The notes under the pieces are model-generated. The model was not told the DNA's origin. It did no database searches and was given only the letters and a program-made list of their open reading frames with translations. Positions 8,969-19,046 of a DNA stretch of 64,000 nt are shown here, piece by piece. This DNA comes from a virus. The stretch's first letter is position 1, and the number at the start of each line of letters is the position of its first letter. Position numbers and translations under genes: made by a program. The stretch spans positions 1 to 64,000 of the IMG/VR virus record IMGVR_UViG_3300044712_001034, one strand, 5' to 3'.

Positions 8969-10162
8969 ATGACTGAAGAAATAGATGATTTTCCACCAGA
9001 AGAAGAAGAAAGAGAAAGAGAAGAAAGAAATAGACCAAGTTGGTTAGATAATAATCCTTTTGGAGTAGGGAGAAGGAATAATAATATGAGAAGTACTGTA
9101 TTAGATTCTTTCGGATTGGAGGTGGAAGTAGAAAAAATTCCACCTCGGAATTTAACTAGAGAATTAAGAAATTATTCTTGGCAAGAAGAACATGACGCTA
9201 GTGTAGAAACTCCTGCTTTTTTTCCGCAGCGAGAAAGAAATCAAGAACAACAATTAGTTTATTTATCTGAGCAATTAGAAGATACACAATCCGGTGTAAT
9301 TGGTACAGAATATGTATCAGGAATTATGGATATTAATAACCAAGAGCATATTAATTCTATTTATAAGTTATTTGAATTTATTTGTTCTTCTGGTGAACCA
9401 GAAGAAGGAAATAGGGCAGGGATTCATATTCATGTTTCAATGCCTTATAATAAAAATATTCTTTCTTCTTCTGTAAGGTTATTTGGATTTATTGAAGAAT
9501 TAACTTATTATTGGGGAGGGATGGGATATAAATTTAGGGGTTTGGAGAATGATTTTACTTATTGTAGGAGTTTATTTAATCCTGCAATTTGTTACGGAGA
9601 TCCTCCATTTTATTCTTATGATTTTGCAAATCTATTAGACGGATCTAATAAATCTGTAGAGCATTTCTTTGATGCCTACGGAGGAATTAATCCTTCTAAT
9701 CCTCCTGGGAAATATAATCCTATGAGATACGGCTGGATTACTTGGTATAATTTAATTACAAAAGGAACATTAGAGCTTAGGGTTTTCAATAAAACTTTAA
9801 ATCCTAATTATGTTATTTCTTCTGTAAAATTCTTCAGGGCTTTATGTGAAAGTATTCTTTTAGATAAAGTACCTGCTGAATTACCAATTAATCCTGTTTA
9901 TAGTGGGAGTAATAAAAGCCAATTGTTTGATGTTTTATATTCTTTACAGAATTTTGTAAATGTTGATCCTAAAACATTTAAAACAATTGCAACAATTATT
10001 GATCGTACTCCTGAAATAAAAGCAGAAAAGAAATTAGTTTATACTCATTTGAATCGAGATAGATATACTCCGCAGTTTAAATACTATAAGAAAAACTGTG
10101 TAAAATCAAATGAAGTAAAAACTCCAAATTTCGTAGATATTCACACTATTACAGGACGGTAA
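8969..10162 (+). CDS. putative amidoligase (COOH-NH2 ligase, Amidoligase_2 type)
   Basis: FGLEVE, HDAS, GTEYVS, AGIHIHVS and GTLELRVF motifs. Confidence 0.85.
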   Translation: MTEEIDDFPPEEEEREREERNRPSWLDNNPFGVGRRNNNMRSTVLDSFGLEVEVEKIPPRNLTRELRNYSWQEEHDASVETPAFFPQRERNQEQQLVYLSEQLEDTQSGVIGTEYVSGIMDINNQEHINSIYKLFEFICSSGEPEEGNRAGIHIHVSMPYNKNILSSSVRLFGFIEELTYYWGGMGYKFRGLENDFTYCRSLFNPAICYGDPPFYSYDFANLLDGSNKSVEHFFDAYGGINPSNPPGKYNPMRYGWITWYNLITKGTLELRVFNKTLNPNYVISSVKFFRALCESILLDKVPAELPINPVYSGSNKSQLFDVLYSLQNFVNVDPKTFKTIATIIDRTPEIKAEKKLVYTHLNRDRYTPQFKYYKKNCVKSNEVKTPNFVDIHTITGR

Positions 10163-10165
10163 TTT

Positions 10166-11359
10166 ATGTGCCAATTAACCTTTAGTCATTTGAAAAGTAT
10201 TAAAGCAAATTCTCTTTATGTTTATACTCAATGGATAGAAAATACTAAAACCTCAAATAAAGATGGATTTGGTCTTTTGTGTAATGGAAAAGATCTGTAC
10301 AAAAGTAAAAATGATGTACAATCCATTACTAATTTTGGGGAGTATTTTACTAGCAGAATTAAAACTGCTGATCCAATTATTGCCCACGTAAGATTAGCTA
10401 CGTGGGTAAATGGAAAGAAAACAATTGAATCGGAATCCTCTCATCCTTTTGAAGGAGATAAATTAATTCTAGCGCATAATGGAGTGCTAGAATTTAAAGA
10501 TATAAAAATGATGGATAATCATAAGGATGCTACGGTAGATTCAATTATCTTTCTTAGGGAATTAGAAAAACTTTATGACGGTAGAAATTTTCCAGAAGCT
10601 TTATCAAAAGCTATGGAATTATTTAATGGTACGTTTGCTTTTCTAATTTACTCTAAATTAGAAAATTGCTACTATGTAGCACGAGGTAAAACAAAGAAAC
10701 TAAATATCTCGTATACAAAATCAATTGCAAAATCAGAAAATGTTTATCCTGGATTAGTTTTAAATACTGATCGTTTAGATTTAGAAAGGGCTTTGAAAAC
10801 ATATAAAGTTATTGGAGAAATTGCTACAGGATTTAAATTTGAATACACTAGTCCTGTAGAAATCCAACCAGAAACTATTTTTAAAGTAATATTGGACGAG
10901 GGATTATTAGAAAAGGTTGGGGAAATAAAGGAGACAGAAAAAGACAAAAATTTTTTTACGAGAGAACCAAGTACCTTTGGGAATTGGAGGACGACGAATT
11001 CGCAGATCCCAGATATTATTATTAATTCCTCTAATTCTTCTCTTGTCAAGAAGTTAACAAGTTTTTTAAAGAAATATGGTTTGACTTATTACGAATTTGA
11101 TTGCATGATTAATGAAATGACAGGAGGATGTTTATTAGGAGAAGAATTAACAATTATTGATTTGCTAATTGATACATTTGAAGAAAATATGGGAAGTCAT
11201 TTTTCAGATAAAAAGAAAGAAGTCTGGAATGAATTGACAAAGGGATTTGATAATCCTATGTTTGTTTATAATTTATTTGATGAATTGAAATTCCCATATA
11301 TGATGAATAGTAAAAAGGATTTAGATTCTGCTTTGAGAGAAAGGAAACGGACAGTATGA
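10166..11359 (+). CDS. class II (Ntn) glutamine amidotransferase
   Basis: N-terminal MCQL, DGFG, AHVRLAT, SHPF, AHNG, VDS. Confidence 0.9.
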   Translation: MCQLTFSHLKSIKANSLYVYTQWIENTKTSNKDGFGLLCNGKDLYKSKNDVQSITNFGEYFTSRIKTADPIIAHVRLATWVNGKKTIESESSHPFEGDKLILAHNGVLEFKDIKMMDNHKDATVDSIIFLRELEKLYDGRNFPEALSKAMELFNGTFAFLIYSKLENCYYVARGKTKKLNISYTKSIAKSENVYPGLVLNTDRLDLERALKTYKVIGEIATGFKFEYTSPVEIQPETIFKVILDEGLLEKVGEIKETEKDKNFFTREPSTFGNWRTTNSQIPDIIINSSNSSLVKKLTSFLKKYGLTYYEFDCMINEMTGGCLLGEELTIIDLLIDTFEENMGSHFSDKKKEVWNELTKGFDNPMFVYNLFDELKFPYMMNSKKDLDSALRERKRTV

Positions 11360-12111
11360 AAAAGATTTTAGTTTCTTCTAATATTTTTCCTTCTTGTCGT
11401 TTAATTCGTGATGCTATTGAAAAGCTAACGAATAAAAAATTCTTTATGACTGATAATCCAGAAAGGGTAAAAGATGTATTATTTCGCTACGGCAATACTG
11501 GTAATATTATAGGTACTGATTCTAATTTCAATAGTACCGATTTTATTTCCCTTTTATCTGATAAGCGCAAGTTTAGTAATTTCTGCAAGGATAATGGAAT
11601 CTACTCTCCTATTTTTTATACGATTGATACCAAACCAGAAAAATATCCAATTTTAGTTAGGAAAACATTAACTGGTTTTGGTGGTAAAGGAATTATATTC
11701 TGTAATAATGAAGAAGAATATAATTCTGTAATGACTCGTTATTATTGGTGGACACCTTTCATAAAATGTTCTTATGAAATTAGAGTCCATTTATTCGATA
11801 ATAAAGTTTCTAGAATTTATAAGAAAGTAAAAGAAGGAGAAGATGATTTACCTATTCGTAATTCTGAAAATGGTTATCATTTTTCTTTACAGTCGGAAAA
11901 TTTGGAGAATAAATACAAGAAAGCGCAGGAATTAGCAACTAAACTTGGGGAATTATTTATTCCTCTTGGTGGACATTTTTCAGGATTAGATTTTGGATAT
12001 GATTCTGAAAAGAAAGAATATTTTGTATTTGAAGGAAACTCTGCACCAGGATTATCTTCTATAAATGCAGAAGAATATGCTAAATTCTTCTGTGAAAAAT
12101 TATCTTTGTAA
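11356..12111 (+). CDS. ATP-grasp ligase (RimK/YheC-like)
   Basis: GFGGKGI, EIRVH, GLDF, FEGNSAPG. Confidence 0.85.
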   Translation: MKKILVSSNIFPSCRLIRDAIEKLTNKKFFMTDNPERVKDVLFRYGNTGNIIGTDSNFNSTDFISLLSDKRKFSNFCKDNGIYSPIFYTIDTKPEKYPILVRKTLTGFGGKGIIFCNNEEEYNSVMTRYYWWTPFIKCSYEIRVHLFDNKVSRIYKKVKEGEDDLPIRNSENGYHFSLQSENLENKYKKAQELATKLGELFIPLGGHFSGLDFGYDSEKKEYFVFEGNSAPGLSSINAEEYAKFFCEKLSL

Positions 12112-12124
12112 GAGGGATAAATGA

Positions 12125-12901
12125 ATGAATTTTCATGGTCAAATAAGGATTTTCAGCGAGTTGGAGTATTTAATTCCTGCTATGCGGGAAGGACAGAATT
12201 TAAATATTTTAATTCGAGCGCCTAGTGGATATGGAAAAACAAAATTAGCGGTACATATTGCATTATCTGTAGATGAAAATAATTGTGAATTATTTCTAGC
12301 CAATGAAAGATTTGAAGAGTTTTCTTCTGAAAAAAGGATTATTATTATTGATGAAGTTCATTTAATAACTAATCCAGAATTCCTTTATCCGCATATGGAT
12401 AGCGGTAAACATATTTTTATTTTGTGCTCAAATGAATTTGGACAATTAAAAGAACCACTATCTAATCGCTGTATAGATTTAACTTTTGATCTATATTCAG
12501 ATCAGGAAATTGGAGAAATTATATTTGAAGATTTTCAAAGAAATAGCTTTACTCTTTCTGATCCTTTCGTAATTGAAGTAGTTAGAAATAGTAATGGAAT
12601 TCCCAGGACAGCGAGAAATTTAGTAAAAACGCTATCCATGATTTTTAAAATAAAAGGAGTACCAGATTCTATTGAATCTTTACAAGATATTCTAAGAAAT
12701 ACTTTACAATTAGAGGATGGTTTAAATCCTTTACATAGGAGATATTTAGATTATATCCAAAAAGTAGAAAGAGCTTCTTTGGATACTTTAATTTTTGCGA
12801 CTCGATTAGATAAATCTACAATTCTAAGAGAAATCGAGCCGGTATTGATAAATAAAAATCTTATTAGAATTACTTCAAGAGGTCGGGTATGCAACAAATA
12901 A
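12125..12901 (+). CDS. ruvB: RuvB-like AAA+ ATPase (Holliday junction branch-migration motor)
   Basis: Walker A APSGYGKT, Walker B IIDEVH, LSNR Arg finger, GIPRTA sensor II, C-terminal GL...R.YL...EIEP.L....I.IT.RGR winged helix. Confidence 0.8.
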   Translation: MNFHGQIRIFSELEYLIPAMREGQNLNILIRAPSGYGKTKLAVHIALSVDENNCELFLANERFEEFSSEKRIIIIDEVHLITNPEFLYPHMDSGKHIFILCSNEFGQLKEPLSNRCIDLTFDLYSDQEIGEIIFEDFQRNSFTLSDPFVIEVVRNSNGIPRTARNLVKTLSMIFKIKGVPDSIESLQDILRNTLQLEDGLNPLHRRYLDYIQKVERASLDTLIFATRLDKSTILREIEPVLINKNLIRITSRGRVCNK

Positions 12902-13833
12902 TCAAGGATTATCTTGTTTTTGAAAAATGGGTTCCTGCTCATTATGATTTTGAAAAATTAAAATCTGCGCCTTATATTTTTGCTACTTATCCACCAAATG
13001 TTAATTACACTTGTGTATTAACTAATAATGGAAATATTTTACTTCCTAATTCTAGCCCAGAAATTTCACAAGCTTTAGAAATTGAAAAAGATAGTATTTT
13101 TGAATTAGCCTGTGAAAATACTTTACTTATTTCCTTTTATGAGGATAAACCTGTTATTCTTTATAATTTTGATACAAAAGAAATTACTACTTCTGTTTCA
13201 CAAAAACCTAAAATAGGAGAATCACAACATCTTCTAGCTTTTGGAGATGATTCTTCTCCTGTAAGAATTAATAAATCTAGGCTTTTGGGAGTTTTATTTC
13301 TAAACTTTTCTGCTCAGCTTTTATATGGAGATCTTAGGGAATCTTCTATTCAATTATTGATTGATAGTATTAAATTTGCTGATGGAATTGAATTTACAAA
13401 AGCAGATGAAAGGGAATTAAAGCGTGTAATGTTTCCTGCAGCAGATAATAAACTTAAGTCTACTCAAACAGCAGATTTACATAGGAATTTCAAGAAGATA
13501 TTCAAAAAGAAAATTGATAAAATTATTGACGAACAAGAAAAGAAAAAACCACCAGTAACTCCCCTTTTGCCGTCACCAAAAGAAGATCATGGAGAATATT
13601 TATTTACAGAAGTATTGAAACAAATACCTCATGTAGTAAAAGAAACTCCGGTAATTTTAGATATGGATCTTTCTAGGTACGGAATTAAATCAATTAAGAT
13701 TTATCCTTCTGGAACTTTAATGATTGAAGTTGTAAAATCTGATACTGCTGGAAATACTTTCAATGGTATTAGGGAAAACATTGAAAGTATGTTAGGTCAT
13801 TCTAAATTTGCCCTTCAATTGTTTGATAAATAA
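12889..13833 (+). CDS. hypothetical protein (314 aa)
   Basis: Long ORF overlapping the ruvB stop. Confidence 0.75.
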   Translation: MQQIIKDYLVFEKWVPAHYDFEKLKSAPYIFATYPPNVNYTCVLTNNGNILLPNSSPEISQALEIEKDSIFELACENTLLISFYEDKPVILYNFDTKEITTSVSQKPKIGESQHLLAFGDDSSPVRINKSRLLGVLFLNFSAQLLYGDLRESSIQLLIDSIKFADGIEFTKADERELKRVMFPAADNKLKSTQTADLHRNFKKIFKKKIDKIIDEQEKKKPPVTPLLPSPKEDHGEYLFTEVLKQIPHVVKETPVILDMDLSRYGIKSIKIYPSGTLMIEVVKSDTAGNTFNGIRENIESMLGHSKFALQLFDK

Positions 13834-13847
13834 AGGAGAAAAATAAA

Positions 13848-14207
13848 ATGATTAAACACAGTTGTGGACGGGAAATCTTTCTTCGCCGAGTTATTAATAT
13901 TACTACTGGATTATCTATAACTCCTCATGGTATTATTCCTACTGGAAAAATGACTTTAAATGGGGAAACTAAATCATATGAATTATATTGTGATAAATGT
14001 GGAACATTAAAATCGGCTAAAGAAATTGATCTGCGCTGTTTTGAATGTGGAAAAGAATTTAAAGCAGACGATTTATTTACTATCGGTAACGCAGGAGGAA
14101 TTTATTGCAAAGAACATGCAGATGAAAATTATCCTGGAATGAGAAAATATAACATTGGTGGAATGATTGATCGTGCTATCAAAAATAAAAATGAAGGAGC
14201 AGAATAA
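13848..14207 (+). CDS. zinc-binding protein
   Basis: HSCG, CDKC, CFEC and CKEH motifs. Confidence 0.7.
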   Translation: MIKHSCGREIFLRRVINITTGLSITPHGIIPTGKMTLNGETKSYELYCDKCGTLKSAKEIDLRCFECGKEFKADDLFTIGNAGGIYCKEHADENYPGMRKYNIGGMIDRAIKNKNEGAE

Positions 14208-14545
14208 TGCCTAACGCTTATTATGAACCAGAAAAACTGGGATTAACAATTTTTGCTGAAATAGAATATTCTAGCAGATGTTATGAATTTGATACAAGAG
14301 TTGTTTGGGAAAATGAAGAAGGAATATTATTTACTGCTAGAGATTCTGGATGTTCTTGTCCTACACCTTTTGAAAATTTTAATTCAATTAGCGATTTAAC
14401 TCTTTTGGATAATATTTCTTGGCTAGAAGAAGAAGTTAATGAAGAATCTGAATATACTACAGCAGAAACTAGACAAGAATTTTTACGTAACATTAGTAAT
14501 AAACTTAACAATCGTTTCTCTAATTCTTTCTTTGTATCTAAATAG
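14207..14545 (+). CDS. conserved phage protein (DSGCSCP motif)
   Basis: YEFD..VVW...DSGCSCPTPFE pattern recalled from phage proteins. Confidence 0.65.
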   Translation: MPNAYYEPEKLGLTIFAEIEYSSRCYEFDTRVVWENEEGILFTARDSGCSCPTPFENFNSISDLTLLDNISWLEEEVNEESEYTTAETRQEFLRNISNKLNNRFSNSFFVSK

Positions 14546-14557
14546 GAGAAATAAATA

Positions 14558-15439
14558 ATGTTTTCTAATAAATATAATCTTTCTTTTGGTACTGATCCGG
14601 AATTCTTTATTGTAGAAGAAAAAGAAGGAAAGGAATGGGGAATTCCTGTTCCGCATTTTATTGAAAATTTAGGCTTTCCTGAAATTGGTTTTGATGAAAC
14701 TAGAAAGCACCCGGTAATTGCAAAAGAAAGTAATTTCAAAATTATTATGGATGGAATTGCTGCAGAAATTAATAATGTTGGTCCCCATAATAATGCAAAA
14801 GATTTTCATAATGCTATTCAAGATTCTATTGCTTGGCTAGATAATTTTGCATCTACTTTTGGTTATAAAGTTTCTACAAAACCAACAGTATTTTATGATT
14901 TCTTTAAATATTATCGAGCCGGAAATAAAGCACTAGAATGGTGTGGAATTTTTGGTTGTGATGCAGATAAAGATGCAATCGAAGAAAATTATAATTCTCC
15001 TGAAATTGATGTAACTACTCATCAAGAAAGATATGGCGGTGGACATTTACATATTTCAGATAATAATCGATTAATTAGGGATTTACCACTTCCTTATATT
15101 CGTTTATTAGCTATGTTCTGCGGAAATTATTCTATTCTAAATTCTCCTTTTCCTGAATTAGAAAAAGCGAGAATGTTTAAATATGGTCAACCCGGAAGAT
15201 TTCGTGTACAAAATTATCCAGATGGAAATATTGGAGTAGAATATCGTAGCCCAAGTAATATTTGGACTACAGATTTATCTGTTATTGAAGGAATGTTTGA
15301 AATGGCAGAAAAAGCATATTGGTATCTTAATAATAAAGATGAAGCAGTTAAAATTCTCGAAAACTATTTATCATTAACAGCGGAAGCTATTCGAGAAGTT
15401 AATAAAGAAAAAGCTGAATATATCCTTTCTAAGATTTAA
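14558..15439 (+). CDS. phiEco32-like COOH-NH2 ligase type 2
   Basis: FGTDPEFF, DG.AAEIN, FGCD.D, GGGHLHI, YG.PG.FR, GVEYRSPSN.W. Confidence 0.9.
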   Translation: MFSNKYNLSFGTDPEFFIVEEKEGKEWGIPVPHFIENLGFPEIGFDETRKHPVIAKESNFKIIMDGIAAEINNVGPHNNAKDFHNAIQDSIAWLDNFASTFGYKVSTKPTVFYDFFKYYRAGNKALEWCGIFGCDADKDAIEENYNSPEIDVTTHQERYGGGHLHISDNNRLIRDLPLPYIRLLAMFCGNYSILNSPFPELEKARMFKYGQPGRFRVQNYPDGNIGVEYRSPSNIWTTDLSVIEGMFEMAEKAYWYLNNKDEAVKILENYLSLTAEAIREVNKEKAEYILSKI

Positions 15440-15466
15440 TAACTTGCGGTGGAGGAATAAATAAAA

Positions 15467-16204
15467 ATGGCACAATCACCTAGAATTATGTATAATGGCG
15501 TAGCAATTGATAATAGTCCAATGGAAATTAATGAAGTTATTGCTAGGTATACTGAAATGACAACTACTGAAAAAGAAAAAATTAAATCCGTAAAAGTTAG
15601 TAAGAAAGCAAAGAAAACTGTTGGTGTAGCATATGGAGCTTTCTTTAGTTGTATTAAAGAATTTATTCCAGATGCTTATTTAATCCGACAAAATACAGAC
15701 ATTCTAAAAACTGATCTGCTTATTTTTACTGGTGGAGAAGATGTTGATCCTGCTTTTTATGGAGAATTAAATACTCGGAGTAATGGAGTAAATCAGCGTA
15801 GGGATCAAATCGAATCAAATTATTTTTCTATTGCAGATGATAGAAATAAAAAGATTGTTGGATTTTGTCGTGGTCATCAATTAATTAATGTAATGAAAGG
15901 TGGAAGTTTATATCAAGATTATCCTTCTGCTGGTTTTGATTATCATCCAGGAATGCATCCATTAGAAATTATGACTCCTAATTCTGTAATTGATCGTTTC
16001 TTTTCTGGAAAAAAGATTGTTTCTGCTCATCATCAAAGTGTAAAAAATATCGGGAGGGATTTAATTGCTACCTCTAGGTATGCAAATACAATTGAATCTT
16101 TAGAAAGTAGTAATATTATTACTACTCAATTTCATCCGGAATTTGAATCTTTACAAGATCAGCATGTAGTAGATTTCTTTAAATTTCTAGTAGAGGAGTG
16201 GTAA
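15467..16204 (+). CDS. gamma-glutamyl hydrolase (PuuD/peptidase C26, class I GATase fold)
   Basis: TGGEDVDP.FYGE, GFCRGHQLINV, HHQ, QFHPE catalytic triad motifs. Confidence 0.9.
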   Translation: MAQSPRIMYNGVAIDNSPMEINEVIARYTEMTTTEKEKIKSVKVSKKAKKTVGVAYGAFFSCIKEFIPDAYLIRQNTDILKTDLLIFTGGEDVDPAFYGELNTRSNGVNQRRDQIESNYFSIADDRNKKIVGFCRGHQLINVMKGGSLYQDYPSAGFDYHPGMHPLEIMTPNSVIDRFFSGKKIVSAHHQSVKNIGRDLIATSRYANTIESLESSNIITTQFHPEFESLQDQHVVDFFKFLVEEW

Positions 16205-16205
16205 A

Positions 16206-16943
16206 ATGGGACTGTTCTACGGTCATTTTTCTAATGATGAAACTGCTATTAATTACTTTAATAACACAATTAATAGTAGTAGAGATGTAGAAACTCATGG
16301 TTGTTTTGGAGTTATTAATGAAATTTTTCAACCGGATGAATCAAAGCCTTTTTATGTTGGAGAAGATGTAAAGTTAGAAATTGTACAAGCTTTTGCTAAA
16401 GAATTTAATTCTATCTTTAGCAATATTAAAATGCGGGTTGTTTATAATAATACTTTCTATTATCGTAATGATACTTGGAATACCCAATATTCTCCTACTA
16501 AAAAAGATATTCATTTTAAGCCGATAGAATTTACTGCTTTTACTTTAGATTTTGATAAAGAATATACTTCTATTGTAAGAGTTTGTTTTATTACTATTAT
16601 TGGGGAATTGCTTAGGGTTTATAATGAAAACTTTGATATGGTGGATTATAATAAGGATAAGTATATTGTAAAAGATGATTTATATAAAAATTTCATGGAT
16701 AAACTTTTTAGTAAATCCATTGAAATTGATTGGTATAATTACACTGAAGGAAATTCTAATTGTTTTTATAGGAGCACTTCTCTAAAGGAGTTGATGGTTT
16801 TTGATAATCCAAAAGAAATTAATAAGCTTTTGTATTATAATAAAAACGTTAAAACGGATGAAAATTATTATCCACGTGTTTTTCAACTAAACTATACAGA
16901 ATTAATTTCTCCTACTATGACTTTATTTGCTTTGCGAGGTTAA
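16206..16943 (+). CDS. hypothetical protein, paralog family X copy 1
   Basis: FYG..GCFG..PFYVG..FAKEFNS..IIGELLRVYN shared with the next two copies. Confidence 0.8.
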   Translation: MGLFYGHFSNDETAINYFNNTINSSRDVETHGCFGVINEIFQPDESKPFYVGEDVKLEIVQAFAKEFNSIFSNIKMRVVYNNTFYYRNDTWNTQYSPTKKDIHFKPIEFTAFTLDFDKEYTSIVRVCFITIIGELLRVYNENFDMVDYNKDKYIVKDDLYKNFMDKLFSKSIEIDWYNYTEGNSNCFYRSTSLKELMVFDNPKEINKLLYYNKNVKTDENYYPRVFQLNYTELISPTMTLFALRG

Positions 16944-16944
16944 T

Positions 16945-17835
16945 ATGTCACATTGGTATGGATCTAATTTTTCTTCTTTAGAAAATACTTATAGAACTAG
17001 TAATATTCCTCCTACAGTTTGGGCATGTTTTGGTGGAGTTTATAAATATTATGTAAAAGGAAAACCTTTTTATGTAGGACAAGTTATTGATAGGGAAATT
17101 GTAGAAAAATTTGCAGAAGAATTTAATTCTATTTACAAGAATATTAATATGCGAGTTGTAAGCTCTTGTAAATATTATAAGATAAGAAATACTTTCTATG
17201 GTAGCGAAACATTCTCTCAATATAAAGCTACAGAAGAATATATTAAACGCTCTACGGATACATTTGATTTTACAGTTTGGACTTTAGATTTTGTTACCGG
17301 ATATGAAGAAATTGTAAAATACGATTTCTTTGTTATTGTAGGAGAATTACTTAGGGTATACAATAAACATTATGATTTTGTTATAAGAGGTTTTACAAAA
17401 GATATTAAAAGTAATTACTTTACTAACGCAGTTAATCTAAGTTTTCAATATAAAAAGAGTTGTGGAGGTAATGCTTTTTATATTGGTGGAAATATTAATC
17501 ATATTCTCCTATTTGATGATATTGAAAAAATCAATGAAATATTAAAAGAAGGAGAATATACTATTAATCATAAAGATTATTGGGTAGCCAGAGCAATTAA
17601 TAATTTTACTAAAATGCCTGCTCCTACACAAACATTACTAATTATTCAGAAAGCTTTGGGAGAAGAAAAAGAAGAAAATAAAAAGTCACAGGAACAACAA
17701 GATATGTTACTGGGACTTTATAAAAATAAACCCAGGAATTATCAAAGGGCCGTAGCAGAAAGAATTTATTATCGAGACGGTAATGGAAGATTTATTTCTA
17801 GGAGACAATATGAACGACTCCACCCAACTACCTGA
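16945..17835 (+). CDS. hypothetical protein, paralog family X copy 2
   Basis: MSHWYG..WACFGG..PFYVG..IVGELLRVYN; ATG at 16945 preferred over TTG at 16927. Confidence 0.8.
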   Translation: MSHWYGSNFSSLENTYRTSNIPPTVWACFGGVYKYYVKGKPFYVGQVIDREIVEKFAEEFNSIYKNINMRVVSSCKYYKIRNTFYGSETFSQYKATEEYIKRSTDTFDFTVWTLDFVTGYEEIVKYDFFVIVGELLRVYNKHYDFVIRGFTKDIKSNYFTNAVNLSFQYKKSCGGNAFYIGGNINHILLFDDIEKINEILKEGEYTINHKDYWVARAINNFTKMPAPTQTLLIIQKALGEEKEENKKSQEQQDMLLGLYKNKPRNYQRAVAERIYYRDGNGRFISRRQYERLHPTT

Positions 17836-18271
17836 AATTATAGAAATTATTAGACCAGTAGAAGAAGAAGATCAAATATTTACTATTATAGGAGTTAGAA
17901 ATGATCTAGTTAATAATCCAAATAGATTAGAAGAATTGGCCTGGAAATTAAATGAAAATTTAAAATGCGAGGGAGCATTTATTTTATTATTAAAAGATCC
18001 TAAGTCTATCTTTAATTACTCTTATGATCTTAATTATTATCTAGCTCTATTCATTCAAACCTGGGGATAAAAATGCTAATCAATCTAAACGATAAAATTA
18101 TTGTAAACCCTTCTAAGATTATTTATATTAATATGAATAGAAATGGGTCAGGTAAAATAATTAATTTAGAAATTATTACAGAAGAGGGACATCATATTAT
18201 TTTTACTTATCCCGATTCTGATAGTGTTTATAATAAACTAGTTTCTGAAAATATAATTAAGGAGTAAGAAT

Positions 18272-19036
18272 ATGTCTCACTGGTATGGTAATTTAAAACC
18301 TGAAAACATTGAAAAATACTTTGTCGATTTAGTAAATTCTAAGCATAAATATCCTTCTGTTTGGGCTTGTTTTGGCGGTATTGGACAAAAGTTTAATTAC
18401 AATACTACTGATCCTTTTTATTTTGGTTTCGATATTGATCCCGTTCTAGCAGAAAGGTTTGTAAAAGATTTTAATAATCGTTATAAAAATATTCAAATTG
18501 AAATTGCTTATTCTGTAAAACTTTATCGTTATACTGATTCTTTTTATGGAGAAATTTATTTCTTGGAAGAACAACCAGATAAAAAATTAGTAACAGAATT
18601 ATCTGGTTGTAAATGCCCACTTTGCCAAAAGAATTTAAACAGACACTTTAAATACTTTACTCTATTTAATATTAAATTTAATGGTTATTCTAAACGAGCA
18701 GAATTTACAATCATTCCTATTATTGGAGAATTGCTAAGGACTTATACTTTCTTTTATGGTCAAAGTTATAATGGAGAATATGTAGCAGAAGTAGCTTATG
18801 ATTATCCAGAAGAATTGTTTATTAAAGCGTGGGAAATAGATCAAGCTAAGCAAAATAATTGTATCCTTAATCCTATGGATATTAAATATATGCTAGCATT
18901 AGATGATGTAGAAAAATATAATTGGTTTCTTGTGTCGGGACATTTAAATAACTATTCATTCACTAGTTTGGTTTATCCCACTAATGTAATGAATGAATGG
19001 TCATATTATTTGAATAGTATTTCTTATAAATTCTAA
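18272..19036 (+). CDS. hypothetical protein, paralog family X copy 3
   Basis: MSHWYG..WACFGG..PFYFG..IIGELLRTY. Confidence 0.8.
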   Translation: MSHWYGNLKPENIEKYFVDLVNSKHKYPSVWACFGGIGQKFNYNTTDPFYFGFDIDPVLAERFVKDFNNRYKNIQIEIAYSVKLYRYTDSFYGEIYFLEEQPDKKLVTELSGCKCPLCQKNLNRHFKYFTLFNIKFNGYSKRAEFTIIPIIGELLRTYTFFYGQSYNGEYVAEVAYDYPEELFIKAWEIDQAKQNNCILNPMDIKYMLALDDVEKYNWFLVSGHLNNYSFTSLVYPTNVMNEWSYYLNSISYKF

Positions 19037-19046
19037 GGAGATACAA

